From: Sumerlaeia bacterium
GTDB lineage: Bacteria > Sumerlaeota > Sumerlaeia > SLMS01 > JAHLLQ01
Direction: 5' to 3'
DNA: 43,441 bases
NCBI GenBank assembly: GCA_040219255.1
Contig: JAVJSW010000053.1
Coordinates: 1-43,441 of the forward strand
The notes under the pieces were generated by a model that saw only the letters and a program-made list of their open reading frames with translations, did no database searches and was not told the origin of the DNA. Below, in pieces: positions 27,642-36,089 of the stretch. Made by a program: the position numbers and the translations under genes. Positions within the stretch are counted from its first letter, which is position 1. Every line of letters starts with the position of its first letter.

Positions 27642-28766
27642 GTGAACAAAACCTCATCGCTCGCCGTCACTGTCGGCATCTTCGTGATCATCGGCCTCGT
27701 CCTGGCCATCGGCATCGCGCTGGGCATCGGGGGCGGCATCGGCTCCAAAGACACCTACACCGTCACGGGCTTGTTCAATAACGTGGGCGGCGTCGAACCC
27801 GGCACGCAGGTATCCCTCCAAGGCCTCAATGTCGGCGAAGTCCAGGAAACCGGCTTCGCCGCCGATGAGGGCAAAGTCCGCCTCCAATTCTCCATCCTGG
27901 AAAACTACTCCCTGCCCCAGGACAGCACCGCCTCCATCCAGTTTTCGTCCCTCCTCGGCCAACCCAACGTCGTCATCCAGTACGGCGCTTCGGACGCGAT
28001 GCTGGCCAAGGATGGCTCCGCCCGCATCAAAACCCGTGACGTGCCCACCATCGGCGAAGCCTTCGACAAGGTGGCCGAACTCGGCTCGGAAGTGCGCGAT
28101 TTGGCCAAATCCTTCAACGAAGGCCAATCGTCTGTCCTGACGAAGATCGAAAAGGTCATCGACGACAATGAAGCCAACATCCGCGAAGCGACCGAATCGC
28201 TGGCGGAAGTGGGCCCCCAACTCAAAGAGCTTTCCAACCGCCTCAACGAACTCACAACCCAGGTTTCCAACGGCCAGGGAACACTCGGCAAGCTCTTCCA
28301 GGACGACAGCCTCTACAACGACTTGAAGACGCTCTCCGAAGATATGAGCGCCATCAGCGAAAAGATGCGCAACGGCGAGGGCACCCTCGGCCGCCTCCTA
28401 AACGATGACTCCCTCGTGACGCAGGCGCAGACGAGCCTGGACGAAGTGGCCGCCGCGGGCCGCGAGGTGCAGGAACTGCTCGGCTCGCGCCGTGAAGACC
28501 TCGACAAACTGGTGGATACCCTGGCGAACGCCGGACCGCAACTCGAGCAAGCCCTCTCCGACATCAGCGCGGTGAGCGAAGACATGCGCTCCATCTCGAG
28601 AAAAATCAACGAGGGCGAAGGAACGTTGGGCAAACTGGTCAACGACCCCGATCTCTACAAAGACGCCCAGAAGGCGGCCCAGCAGGTCGGCGAAACCCTC
28701 GAGCAAAGCGAAGAGCAGGGCGTCATCCGCTCGTTCCTGGGAATCGTTTTCGGGGCCGCGATTTGA
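27642..28766 (+). CDS. MCE/MlaD family protein with a long helical region
   Basis: N-terminal TM; F.NVGG...G..V...G..VG.V, SLLG; three G.GTLG.L..D..L repeats. Confidence 0.9.
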   Translation: MNKTSSLAVTVGIFVIIGLVLAIGIALGIGGGIGSKDTYTVTGLFNNVGGVEPGTQVSLQGLNVGEVQETGFAADEGKVRLQFSILENYSLPQDSTASIQFSSLLGQPNVVIQYGASDAMLAKDGSARIKTRDVPTIGEAFDKVAELGSEVRDLAKSFNEGQSSVLTKIEKVIDDNEANIREATESLAEVGPQLKELSNRLNELTTQVSNGQGTLGKLFQDDSLYNDLKTLSEDMSAISEKMRNGEGTLGRLLNDDSLVTQAQTSLDEVAAAGREVQELLGSRREDLDKLVDTLANAGPQLEQALSDISAVSEDMRSISRKINEGEGTLGKLVNDPDLYKDAQKAAQQVGETLEQSEEQGVIRSFLGIVFGAAI

Positions 28767-28974
28767 CAACCGCTGACCCAAACCGCGAAAGCCGGCAATT
28801 TTTTCTTTTCCCCCTTCGCCTTCCGCTTGCATCTTTTGCCAACGCTCGTCTCTATAAGGAAATGGAGACGCCAGTTGCGATCGAGGAATGGCTTGCGCCT
28901 TTCCCCGCCCGTGGATTTTCTCCGCATGGCGCGTCCCTTCGACGCCCCTGCACACGTAACGGAAGGCTTTGACG

Positions 28975-29802
28975 ATGGCGCTGTCCGCCAACGAACTCGC
29001 CAAATTGCAGGCCGATCTGCGCTCCGGGCGCAATCCCCTGGCCTATATCCCCATCTGCAATGAACTGCGCCGCTGCAAACGCAATGCGGAAGCGCTGGAA
29101 ATTTGCCAGCAGGGCCTCTCCCGCGATCCCTCTTCGCTTGCCGGACGCATCATCCTGGCGCGCTTGCTGGGCGATCTCGGCCGCTACCAGCAGGCCCTCT
29201 CCGAAGTCAAAAAAGTCGAAGCCTCCGCGCCTGACTCCAAAGGGCTTCTGATCGAAAAGGCCCGATGCCAGGTCAAGCTCAACCTCCTGGCGGAAGCGGA
29301 AGAAACGCTGACCAATCTGGAGTTCCACAACCCCGTCGACCCGGAAGTGCAAAAGATCCGCACCCAGTTCCGCAACGTTCGCCTCGCCAGCTCGCAAACG
29401 GCCGGCCCGAAAGCAGCGCGAACTCTGACTGTCACACTTTCCATGGATGAAGTGACAAGCTTGATCAAACGGCAATTGACTCCCTTGGGCAAGCTCAAGA
29501 CGGTTGCTCTGCTTGACCTCGATTCGGGACGATCCGCCATCGAAGGTGACGCCGTTTTCGCCGACGCTGGCGAAAGCCTCTATCAGGAAGCGGCGATGGC
29601 CTGCGATGAACTCGATCAGGGCCTTCTCCGCCACGTGATCGTCGAAATCAAGGGAGCGCTGATGATCGTGGCCCGAAGAGATCGTAAACTCGTTGTGGTT
29701 TGCAGCGATCCAACGGTCAATTTCGGCAAGTTGCAGCACCGCCTTCAACTCTGCCTGGATCAGCACGTGCCCGCTACCGAGCCCGCCACGGAAGTGGGCT
29801 GA
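28975..29802 (+). CDS. TPR-repeat protein with a C-terminal roadblock/LC7-like domain
   Basis: N-terminal TPR helices (EALEICQQGL..DP..LAGRIILARLL..LG...QAL). The C-terminus ELDQGLLRHVIVE..GALMIV....LVV......NFGKL is typical of roadblock. Confidence 0.75.
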   Translation: MALSANELAKLQADLRSGRNPLAYIPICNELRRCKRNAEALEICQQGLSRDPSSLAGRIILARLLGDLGRYQQALSEVKKVEASAPDSKGLLIEKARCQVKLNLLAEAEETLTNLEFHNPVDPEVQKIRTQFRNVRLASSQTAGPKAARTLTVTLSMDEVTSLIKRQLTPLGKLKTVALLDLDSGRSAIEGDAVFADAGESLYQEAAMACDELDQGLLRHVIVEIKGALMIVARRDRKLVVVCSDPTVNFGKLQHRLQLCLDQHVPATEPATEVG

Positions 29803-29844
29803 AGACTTTAGAACCCGGTCCAACGGAAAGGACTTCTCCAACAG

Positions 29845-30792
29845 ATGCTCCCCCTGTCGCGCTCCCTCGTGTTGGTTCTCCTATTCCTCCTCGGAATTGT
29901 CGCCACGGCCATGGCCTTCGCCGGAACCGTCCCCATTTTCGAAAACGTGGGCAACGTCGTTCCCCTGGTTCTCGCCGCGGAAATCGTCCTCTATTTCTTT
30001 CTGACCCTTTTCACCAACCCCCGAATCCCCCTCGTCTCGACCATCGTTCTCTCCGTCGGCATGGCCCTCTTCCGCGCCATCGCCTGCGTCCTCGGCTCGG
30101 CCGCCGCCTCCGCCTTCTCCGAAGGTCAATTGCAGCCCATCGAGGGTTGGATGGTGGCCTGGATCGGCAATCCGATCGGCGTTCTCATTCAGTTCATCCT
30201 GCTCGCTCTCGCCGCCCCCCATTTCCTGGAAATGGTCTTCCCCGACATGATCGGCCGCGAGACGCGCCAGAAACTCCTCGGCTCTTCGTCCCGCCCGGTG
30301 GAATCGAACCGGTCGGCCCAGAATCCGATGTCCGACTCCAACCCCTCCGGCGGCTTCATCCAGGTCTTCAGCTATGACGAACTGACCGCCGTCATTCGCA
30401 AGAGCCACGGCCTCGAAGGCTTCATCATCTACAACAACGAGGGCCTCATCGTCTGGCGCGACCTGCCGATCCGCCTCGAATCCGACCGTCTCGTGGCCAA
30501 ACTGATGGCCCTGCACGATCAACTCGCGGACGTCGTGGAAGCCTCTTCGCTCTCGCGCGTCCGCAAAGTCATGGTGGAATCGCGCGAGCACCTCGTGTTC
30601 ATCACACCTCTCAACCAAAACTTCGGCATGATCATGGTCTACAACCAAAGCACGACCCCCTCGGAAAGCTTTACCCGGCTGGCCGTGATCGCCAAGACGA
30701 CCCGGGAATTCCTCCAGTGGAAATACCCCGGCCTGCCGGTGACCGCGTCGATGACGCAAAGCCAAATGGCGATCGAGATGGTGAAGGTCTAA
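29845..30792 (+). CDS. Four-TM membrane protein with a C-terminal roadblock/LC7-like domain
   Basis: Four hydrophobic segments, then HGLEGFIIYNNEGLIV...VRKVMVES...VFITPL....GMIMVY. Confidence 0.78.
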   Translation: MLPLSRSLVLVLLFLLGIVATAMAFAGTVPIFENVGNVVPLVLAAEIVLYFFLTLFTNPRIPLVSTIVLSVGMALFRAIACVLGSAAASAFSEGQLQPIEGWMVAWIGNPIGVLIQFILLALAAPHFLEMVFPDMIGRETRQKLLGSSSRPVESNRSAQNPMSDSNPSGGFIQVFSYDELTAVIRKSHGLEGFIIYNNEGLIVWRDLPIRLESDRLVAKLMALHDQLADVVEASSLSRVRKVMVESREHLVFITPLNQNFGMIMVYNQSTTPSESFTRLAVIAKTTREFLQWKYPGLPVTASMTQSQMAIEMVKV

Positions 30793-30881
30793 TTTTTTCT
30801 AGCGCCCGTGCCTCAAGACCGGCGCAATGATTTCCAATCCCCCTCCTTCGAAACTGGAGCGGGCCCCGGAGTGGACGCGAT

Positions 30882-31235
30882 ATGGAACGCACCCTTGCGG
30901 AACTGAACAAAACCCCTGGCGTCATCGGCTCCTTTGTCGTTGCCGCCGACGGCATCATCGTCGCCTCCGATTTCGCGACGGAAATCAACGACGAGATGAT
31001 GGGAGCCCTGACCAGCTCGATCATCAACTCGACCGAGAAGGCGACGAAAAAAATGGAGCAGGGCGAACTCGTCTCCTTTATCATTGAAACCGACCGCAAC
31101 AAACTGTTCTTCAACTCCACGCGATCGGGATTTCTGGTCTGCGTAAGCCGGCAGGACGCGAATCTCGGACTCATCCGCGTGGAGATGCGCTCCGCTTCCG
31201 AACGCCTCAACAACGTCGGCATCGGAGTTCAATAA
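30882..31235 (+). CDS. Roadblock/LC7 domain protein (MglB/MglC-like)
   Basis: PGVIGSFVVAADGIIVAS, GEL..FIIET, ANLGLIRVEM; 117 aa; directly upstream of mglA. Confidence 0.9.
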   Translation: MERTLAELNKTPGVIGSFVVAADGIIVASDFATEINDEMMGALTSSIINSTEKATKKMEQGELVSFIIETDRNKLFFNSTRSGFLVCVSRQDANLGLIRVEMRSASERLNNVGIGVQ

Positions 31236-31328
31236 CTCCACTGGCCCCCGGGCCAGACCACTTTCTCCCCCCTTGCGGCAAGGGAATTGAAACTCAACGG
31301 GCAAAGGACGACCTCCTGAGAGACGGCC

Positions 31329-32543
31329 ATGGCAACACTCAACTACGCCTTTAAAGAGATCTCCTGCAAAATTGTGTATTACGGCTGCGGCCTCTGTGGG
31401 AAAACGACCAACCTCCAGCACGTCCACAAAACCGTGCCGGGAAAATTCCGCGGCGAACTCGTCTCCCTGGCGACCGAGCAGGATCGAACCCTCTTCTTTG
31501 ACTTCCTTCCCCTCGACCTCGGCGAAGTGAAGGGCTTCAAAACCAAATTCCAGCTCTACACCGTTCCCGGCCAGGTCTACTACAACGCCACCCGCAAGCT
31601 CGTTCTGCGCGGCGTCGACGGCCTCGTCTTCGTCGTCGACAGTCAGCGCGACCGCTTGCAGGAAAACATCGAATCCTTTGAAAACCTGAAGCAGAACCTC
31701 GCCGAATACAACTACCACCTGCAAATCGAAAAGGACGACGACGAGGGCATTCCCTGGGTCTTGCAGCTCAACAAGCGCGACATGCCCCAGATCAGCACCC
31801 GCGAAGAAATCGTCGAAGCCCTCGATTGCCCCTACACCCCCGTCATGGACGCCGTCGCGGTCACCGGCATCGGCGTGAAGGAAACCCTCAAGGGCATCAG
31901 CTCCCTCGTCATCCAAAAGCTCAACACCCGCTCAGGCCTCATCGGCGGCGGCAAGACCGACGCCAGCAAACCCGGCGCTCCCGTACCGACCGCCCCGGGC
32001 GCCGACGCGGACGATGACGATTACGGCTCCATCGACGAAAACGAACTCGAAGAAATGGAAAGCTCGGGCGGCCACACTCCGGCTCCCCCGGCCCCTCCCG
32101 CTCCGGCCGCTCCCAAAGCCACGGCTGCACCGGCGGCCGCACCCCAAGCGGCTCACCCGCCGTCTTCCAGCGCCGGCGCCCCACCCAACTTGAACGTCAC
32201 GCAATTCTGCGACGCCCGTTGGCGCGGCATGAAAACCGGCTCGGGCATGCTCTCCTTTTCCAACATTCAGGGCACAAGCGACTACCAGCTCACCGGCCAG
32301 CTCGCCTTCATCGGAGCCTTCAAACGAACGCTCAGCCTGAAGATGGCCTACCGGGGCGTGGAACTCAAAGGTCACAACGGCCAGGATGCCCGCTTTCACA
32401 AGTTTGAAACGATCGGAGGGGAAAGTCCGATCTTGACCCTCATGGTATCCGATGTGGCATCGTTGAAGGAACTGTTCGGAACCTATAACGGTTTCGGCGG
32501 AGAAATCGCCGTCTCGCCCCAGGGCAAGCCGGCCTTGAACTAA
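31329..32543 (+). CDS. mglA: MglA-family small GTPase with a long C-terminal extension
   Basis: KIVYYGCGLCGKTTNL, DRTLFFDFLP (Arg finger), LYTVPGQV.Y, NKRD, AVA.TG.GV. The first ~200 aa closely follow Myxococcus MglA as I recall it. Confidence 0.95.
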   Translation: MATLNYAFKEISCKIVYYGCGLCGKTTNLQHVHKTVPGKFRGELVSLATEQDRTLFFDFLPLDLGEVKGFKTKFQLYTVPGQVYYNATRKLVLRGVDGLVFVVDSQRDRLQENIESFENLKQNLAEYNYHLQIEKDDDEGIPWVLQLNKRDMPQISTREEIVEALDCPYTPVMDAVAVTGIGVKETLKGISSLVIQKLNTRSGLIGGGKTDASKPGAPVPTAPGADADDDDYGSIDENELEEMESSGGHTPAPPAPPAPAAPKATAAPAAAPQAAHPPSSSAGAPPNLNVTQFCDARWRGMKTGSGMLSFSNIQGTSDYQLTGQLAFIGAFKRTLSLKMAYRGVELKGHNGQDARFHKFETIGGESPILTLMVSDVASLKELFGTYNGFGGEIAVSPQGKPALN

Positions 32544-32657
32544 ATATGGACTTGTCCGGTCCGAGAGAGATGGGCTGCGGTCTGACTCGGACGTACCGGA
32601 TTTCCAGTTTCCAGCAGCGGAAATGGTCGCGCCGGATCAGAAAGGACCACTAAGTCA

Positions 32658-33140
32658 ATGGCCAAGACTCCTCTTATCCTGACCAAGACGGAGATCACCC
32701 AGATTCATCGGACGCTTTTGCAAATGCTCAAGCAGTCCGAAGCCAAGTGCGCCATCCTCGTGGATGCGGATGGCAAATGCCTGGCGAAAAAGGGGTTCAC
32801 TCAAAACATCGATACCGATGCCTTGGCGGCGCTGATTGCCGGGTCTTTCGCCTCCACTCGCGCCATGGCCTCCCTCGTCGGCGAATCGGATTTCTCCGTC
32901 CTCTTCCACCAGGGAGACAAAGATCACATCCACAACATCCTGGTGGACAACGACACCATCCTGACGATTATTTTCGACGACCGCACCACCATCGGTATGG
33001 TTCGTCTCTATTCGAAGGAATCGGCCAAGGTCATTCAACAGACCATCGGCGCCGCCCGCGAGAAGCGTATGCCTTCCAACCGGAAGATCGATATCGAGCG
33101 GGACGTCGAAGATCGCCTCGACGATCTCTTCAAGGACTGA
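32658..33140 (+). CDS. mglB: MglB GTPase-activating roadblock protein
   Basis: LVD.DG, TQNIDT..LA.L.AG, L.GE..F...FH.G.KD, IFD.RT..G.VRL and an acidic C-terminal helix LDDLF, all matching Myxococcus MglB as I recall it. Confidence 0.92.
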   Translation: MAKTPLILTKTEITQIHRTLLQMLKQSEAKCAILVDADGKCLAKKGFTQNIDTDALAALIAGSFASTRAMASLVGESDFSVLFHQGDKDHIHNILVDNDTILTIIFDDRTTIGMVRLYSKESAKVIQQTIGAAREKRMPSNRKIDIERDVEDRLDDLFKD

Positions 33141-33264
33141 TCGATCGCACTCCAACCGCTCCCCCACCGCCCTCACTCGACGCACCCCTTCCCCATGTTG
33201 GGTCGCGCCCTTCCCCAACGAATTGTGACGATACGGTCTGAAAAGAAGGGGCGAGTTTCACGCC

Positions 33265-34548
33265 ATGCAAGGTAATCTTCACGAAGTTCCCCTGCCAGAA
33301 GTTCTCCAGTTCATCTCGATGGGCAAGCCCTCGGGCATGCTTCATCTACGCCGTGACAACAACGAGATCACGCTCTACGTCAAGGGAGGGCGAATCATCA
33401 ACTCGTCCTCCATCGAGCGCAAACGCCGCCTCGGTGACCTCCTCGTTCAGCGCGGCCTGCTCAAACGCAGCGAACTCTCCCAACTTCTCCAACTGCAAAA
33501 AACCGTCGAATCGGACAAACGCCTCGGCCACATCCTGGTCGAGCGCGACGTCATCCCCGAAGAGACCATCCGCGAAGTTCTCCGCATGCAGCTCGAAGAG
33601 GAAATCTGGGCCCTCTTCGCTTGGAAAGAAGGCGAATTCCGATTCGAAACCGTCGATGAAGCCCGCCTCGGCGATGCCATCGTACACATCGACATCGAGC
33701 CCCTCATCCTCGAAGGCACCCGCCGCAACGACGAATGGGAAGCCATTCTCGATGTCATCCCCAACGACAGCCTCGTCCTCACCGTTGCCAGTCTCGACGA
33801 AGAATTCGACCGCGACAGCCTGAACCTCAAACCTCAGGAATGGAAAGTCCTCTCGGAAATCAACGGCCGATTCACCATCAAAGCCATAGTCAATCGCTCC
33901 GGCATGGGCCGCTTCGAAGTCCATCGCATCCTCAGCCAATTCATCAAGTCCGGCCTCGTCGTCATCCGAGCCGACACACCCCTGCAAAACAAGAGCAGCG
34001 CCACCACCGCCAAATCGGCGGACCGCGCCGACGCGGGCAAGAAGGGCGGCATCCTCTCCCTGATCGGCGGCACCAAAACCAAAGACAAGGGCGCCAAGGA
34101 AACCCTTTCCTTCATCTCCCCCATCGGGGTCATGGGCTACTTCGTCAACGTCTTGGCGCAACGCGTCACCGCCCTCAAGGAATACGCCCCCTCGGAAGGC
34201 GACGACTCCCTCTACGAAGCGATCTGGAGCGACATTGGCCAGACCTACACCAAGGCCGATCTGCTCTCCGTCTCGGCCAATTCGGTCAACACCCGCGACA
34301 TCGAAACCTTCTTCAGCGGTTTCGAATTCAAAGAAGCCGTGGACGATTGCTACGAGGATACCATCGAGGCGCTCACAACGCTGCTCCAGACGGCCTTCCG
34401 CGTCTTCGCGACTCGAGTCGGCGAGCGCCCCGCTTCCCGCATCGTCCGGGAATTGCTCGATGAACTCGGCGACCAAACCATCGTCAAGTACCGCGGGCCC
34501 TTCCCGCTCGTCGAACGGGTTCAGAATGTCTTGCGTTTGGCAGCCTGA
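33265..34548 (+). CDS. DUF4388 (PatA_N) protein with tandem MshEN-like c-di-GMP-binding motifs and a winged-helix-like segment
   Basis: MQGNL.EV.LPEVLQFI...K.SG.L; RLGDLLVQRGLL....L..LL..Q and RLGHILVERDVI....I..VL..Q; WKEGEFRF; LILEG.RR.DEW; EWKVLSEING. Confidence 0.88.
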   Translation: MQGNLHEVPLPEVLQFISMGKPSGMLHLRRDNNEITLYVKGGRIINSSSIERKRRLGDLLVQRGLLKRSELSQLLQLQKTVESDKRLGHILVERDVIPEETIREVLRMQLEEEIWALFAWKEGEFRFETVDEARLGDAIVHIDIEPLILEGTRRNDEWEAILDVIPNDSLVLTVASLDEEFDRDSLNLKPQEWKVLSEINGRFTIKAIVNRSGMGRFEVHRILSQFIKSGLVVIRADTPLQNKSSATTAKSADRADAGKKGGILSLIGGTKTKDKGAKETLSFISPIGVMGYFVNVLAQRVTALKEYAPSEGDDSLYEAIWSDIGQTYTKADLLSVSANSVNTRDIETFFSGFEFKEAVDDCYEDTIEALTTLLQTAFRVFATRVGERPASRIVRELLDELGDQTIVKYRGPFPLVERVQNVLRLAA

Positions 34549-34610
34549 TTTCCGAAATTTGAACTTCGATATCATAATGCGCCCTTTGTCGGCGCCTGGG
34601 AGAACCGCAC

Positions 34611-35810
34611 ATGCCTGGTGAACGGGTCCTTGTCGTTGACCGTTCTTCGACGGTTCAAGAAGCAACCAAAGCCATCCTGGAGGAACACGGGTATCGCGTC
34701 ACCATCGCGAGCAATGGCCTCGCCACCGTCACCCATCCGGAAATCGAGCGCTTCGACCTCATCATGTGCGACAGCACACTCGATGGCATCGATGGCCTGG
34801 AAACAACCCGCCAGATCAAGACGGACAAGGAGATCTACAAGATCCCCGTCCTCCTCATGATCCCCGAAGACTCCATCGACCTGCTCGAAAGCGTCCCCCT
34901 CAAGGGCGCCACCGGCTGGATGGCCAAGCCCTTCACGCCTACCCGCCTCCTCACCAAAGTCGAGGAAATCATCGACGAGCAGCGCCTTCGCGTCCGCTCG
35001 CGCAAATACCTCGATGACGCCGCCGACCGCCAGATGCAGCAACTGGCGGAAACCAAGATCCAGGCAGCGGTGGAAAAGAAAATCCAGATCATCGTCGAAC
35101 GTGCGATCCAATCCATCGTCTCGATCATCGACCAGAAAGCCCGCCGCGAAGTTGACGCCCGCGTCACCGCCCTGACCGCCGAGAAGGAGCAAGAGCTCGT
35201 CCGGATCACCGTTCAGGAAGTCGCCAAGTCCATGATCGAAAAGCAGGCCGAGCGCAAAGTCACCGAAGCCATGCAGACGATCCTGGTCGAGCAGACCGAG
35301 AAAACCGTCCGCCGCGCCGCCGACAGTATGCTTCCCTCCATGGTGAAGGACCGCATCAAAGGCTCTCTGGAAGACATCCTGCCCCGCGAAGTGGAAGCCC
35401 GCGTGGACAAAGCCGCGCAGCTGAAAGCCGAAGAAATCGGCGAAGGCATCGTCCAGATCGTTCAGCAGCAGGCCATCAAGCACGTGCCCCTGGTCGCCAA
35501 GGAAAAACTGCCCGAACTGGCCGAACGGCAACTCGTCACCCTCACCGAAACCAAGATGCCCCGCGTCATCGCCGAATCGGCTCGCGCGGCCGTCGCCAAG
35601 GAAATGGCCCAAACCGTCAAGCCCATCATCGACGAGGAAATCGGCCGCCTCAAGCGCGCCCGCCGCACAAACCTCATCATCGTCATTCTCGTCCTCCTTG
35701 TCACTCTGGTCGTCGGCATTCTGGCCCCCATCGTCGTCGACCAAACCGGAATTCTCAGCTCCCGCTCCCCCGCCCCGGTGACTCAACCGACGGCTCCGGC
35801 CGCTCAGTAA
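34611..35810 (+). CDS. RomR-like response regulator: receiver domain, long helical repeat region and C-terminal TM anchor
   Basis: VLVVD, DLIMCD..L.GIDG, KPF; amphipathic repeats ending LPELAE..IIDEEIGRL; hydrophobic tail LIIVILVLLVTLVVGILA. Confidence 0.8.
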   Translation: MPGERVLVVDRSSTVQEATKAILEEHGYRVTIASNGLATVTHPEIERFDLIMCDSTLDGIDGLETTRQIKTDKEIYKIPVLLMIPEDSIDLLESVPLKGATGWMAKPFTPTRLLTKVEEIIDEQRLRVRSRKYLDDAADRQMQQLAETKIQAAVEKKIQIIVERAIQSIVSIIDQKARREVDARVTALTAEKEQELVRITVQEVAKSMIEKQAERKVTEAMQTILVEQTEKTVRRAADSMLPSMVKDRIKGSLEDILPREVEARVDKAAQLKAEEIGEGIVQIVQQQAIKHVPLVAKEKLPELAERQLVTLTETKMPRVIAESARAAVAKEMAQTVKPIIDEEIGRLKRARRTNLIIVILVLLVTLVVGILAPIVVDQTGILSSRSPAPVTQPTAPAAQ

Positions 35811-35841
35811 ACGCGACAACTCCCGCTCGATCCCCAGCTCT

Positions 35842-35881
35842 CACCCGGGCCGGCCCCCAGCCGGCCCGGGTGTTCGTTTTT
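35842..35881 (+). terminator. Intrinsic terminator closing the mgl cluster
   Basis: Perfect 13-bp stem cacccgggccggc/gccggcccgggtg followed by ttcgttttt. Confidence 0.75.
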
Positions 35882-36089
35882 GGAGCGAACACCCCGACCC
35901 GGCGTCCGCCCGCCGTACCCTATGGTACGCTTCCCGTCCCCCGATTTTTCCGCCTTTCGCTTTGCCTCTCTGAATTCATTGGATTTGGCGAGCCGCCGCG
36001 AAACGGCACCGATTTCCCATAGAGGATTGCCGTAATCACCGAGGCCCCACACCCAAACCGCCTCGCCACTCATTCAGGAGAATGCCACT

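Noticed and set aside
28767-28974. c-di-GMP riboswitch upstream of the mgl cluster
   Set aside because: A GAAA-loop hairpin and T-run are present but the GEMM consensus is not; this is more likely a weak terminator plus promoter region.
35868-35894. Second hairpin (gggtgttcg/cgaacaccc) overlapping the terminator, as an antiterminator
   Set aside because: Its 3' arm lies beyond the U-tract, so it would not be transcribed before termination; no support for a switch.
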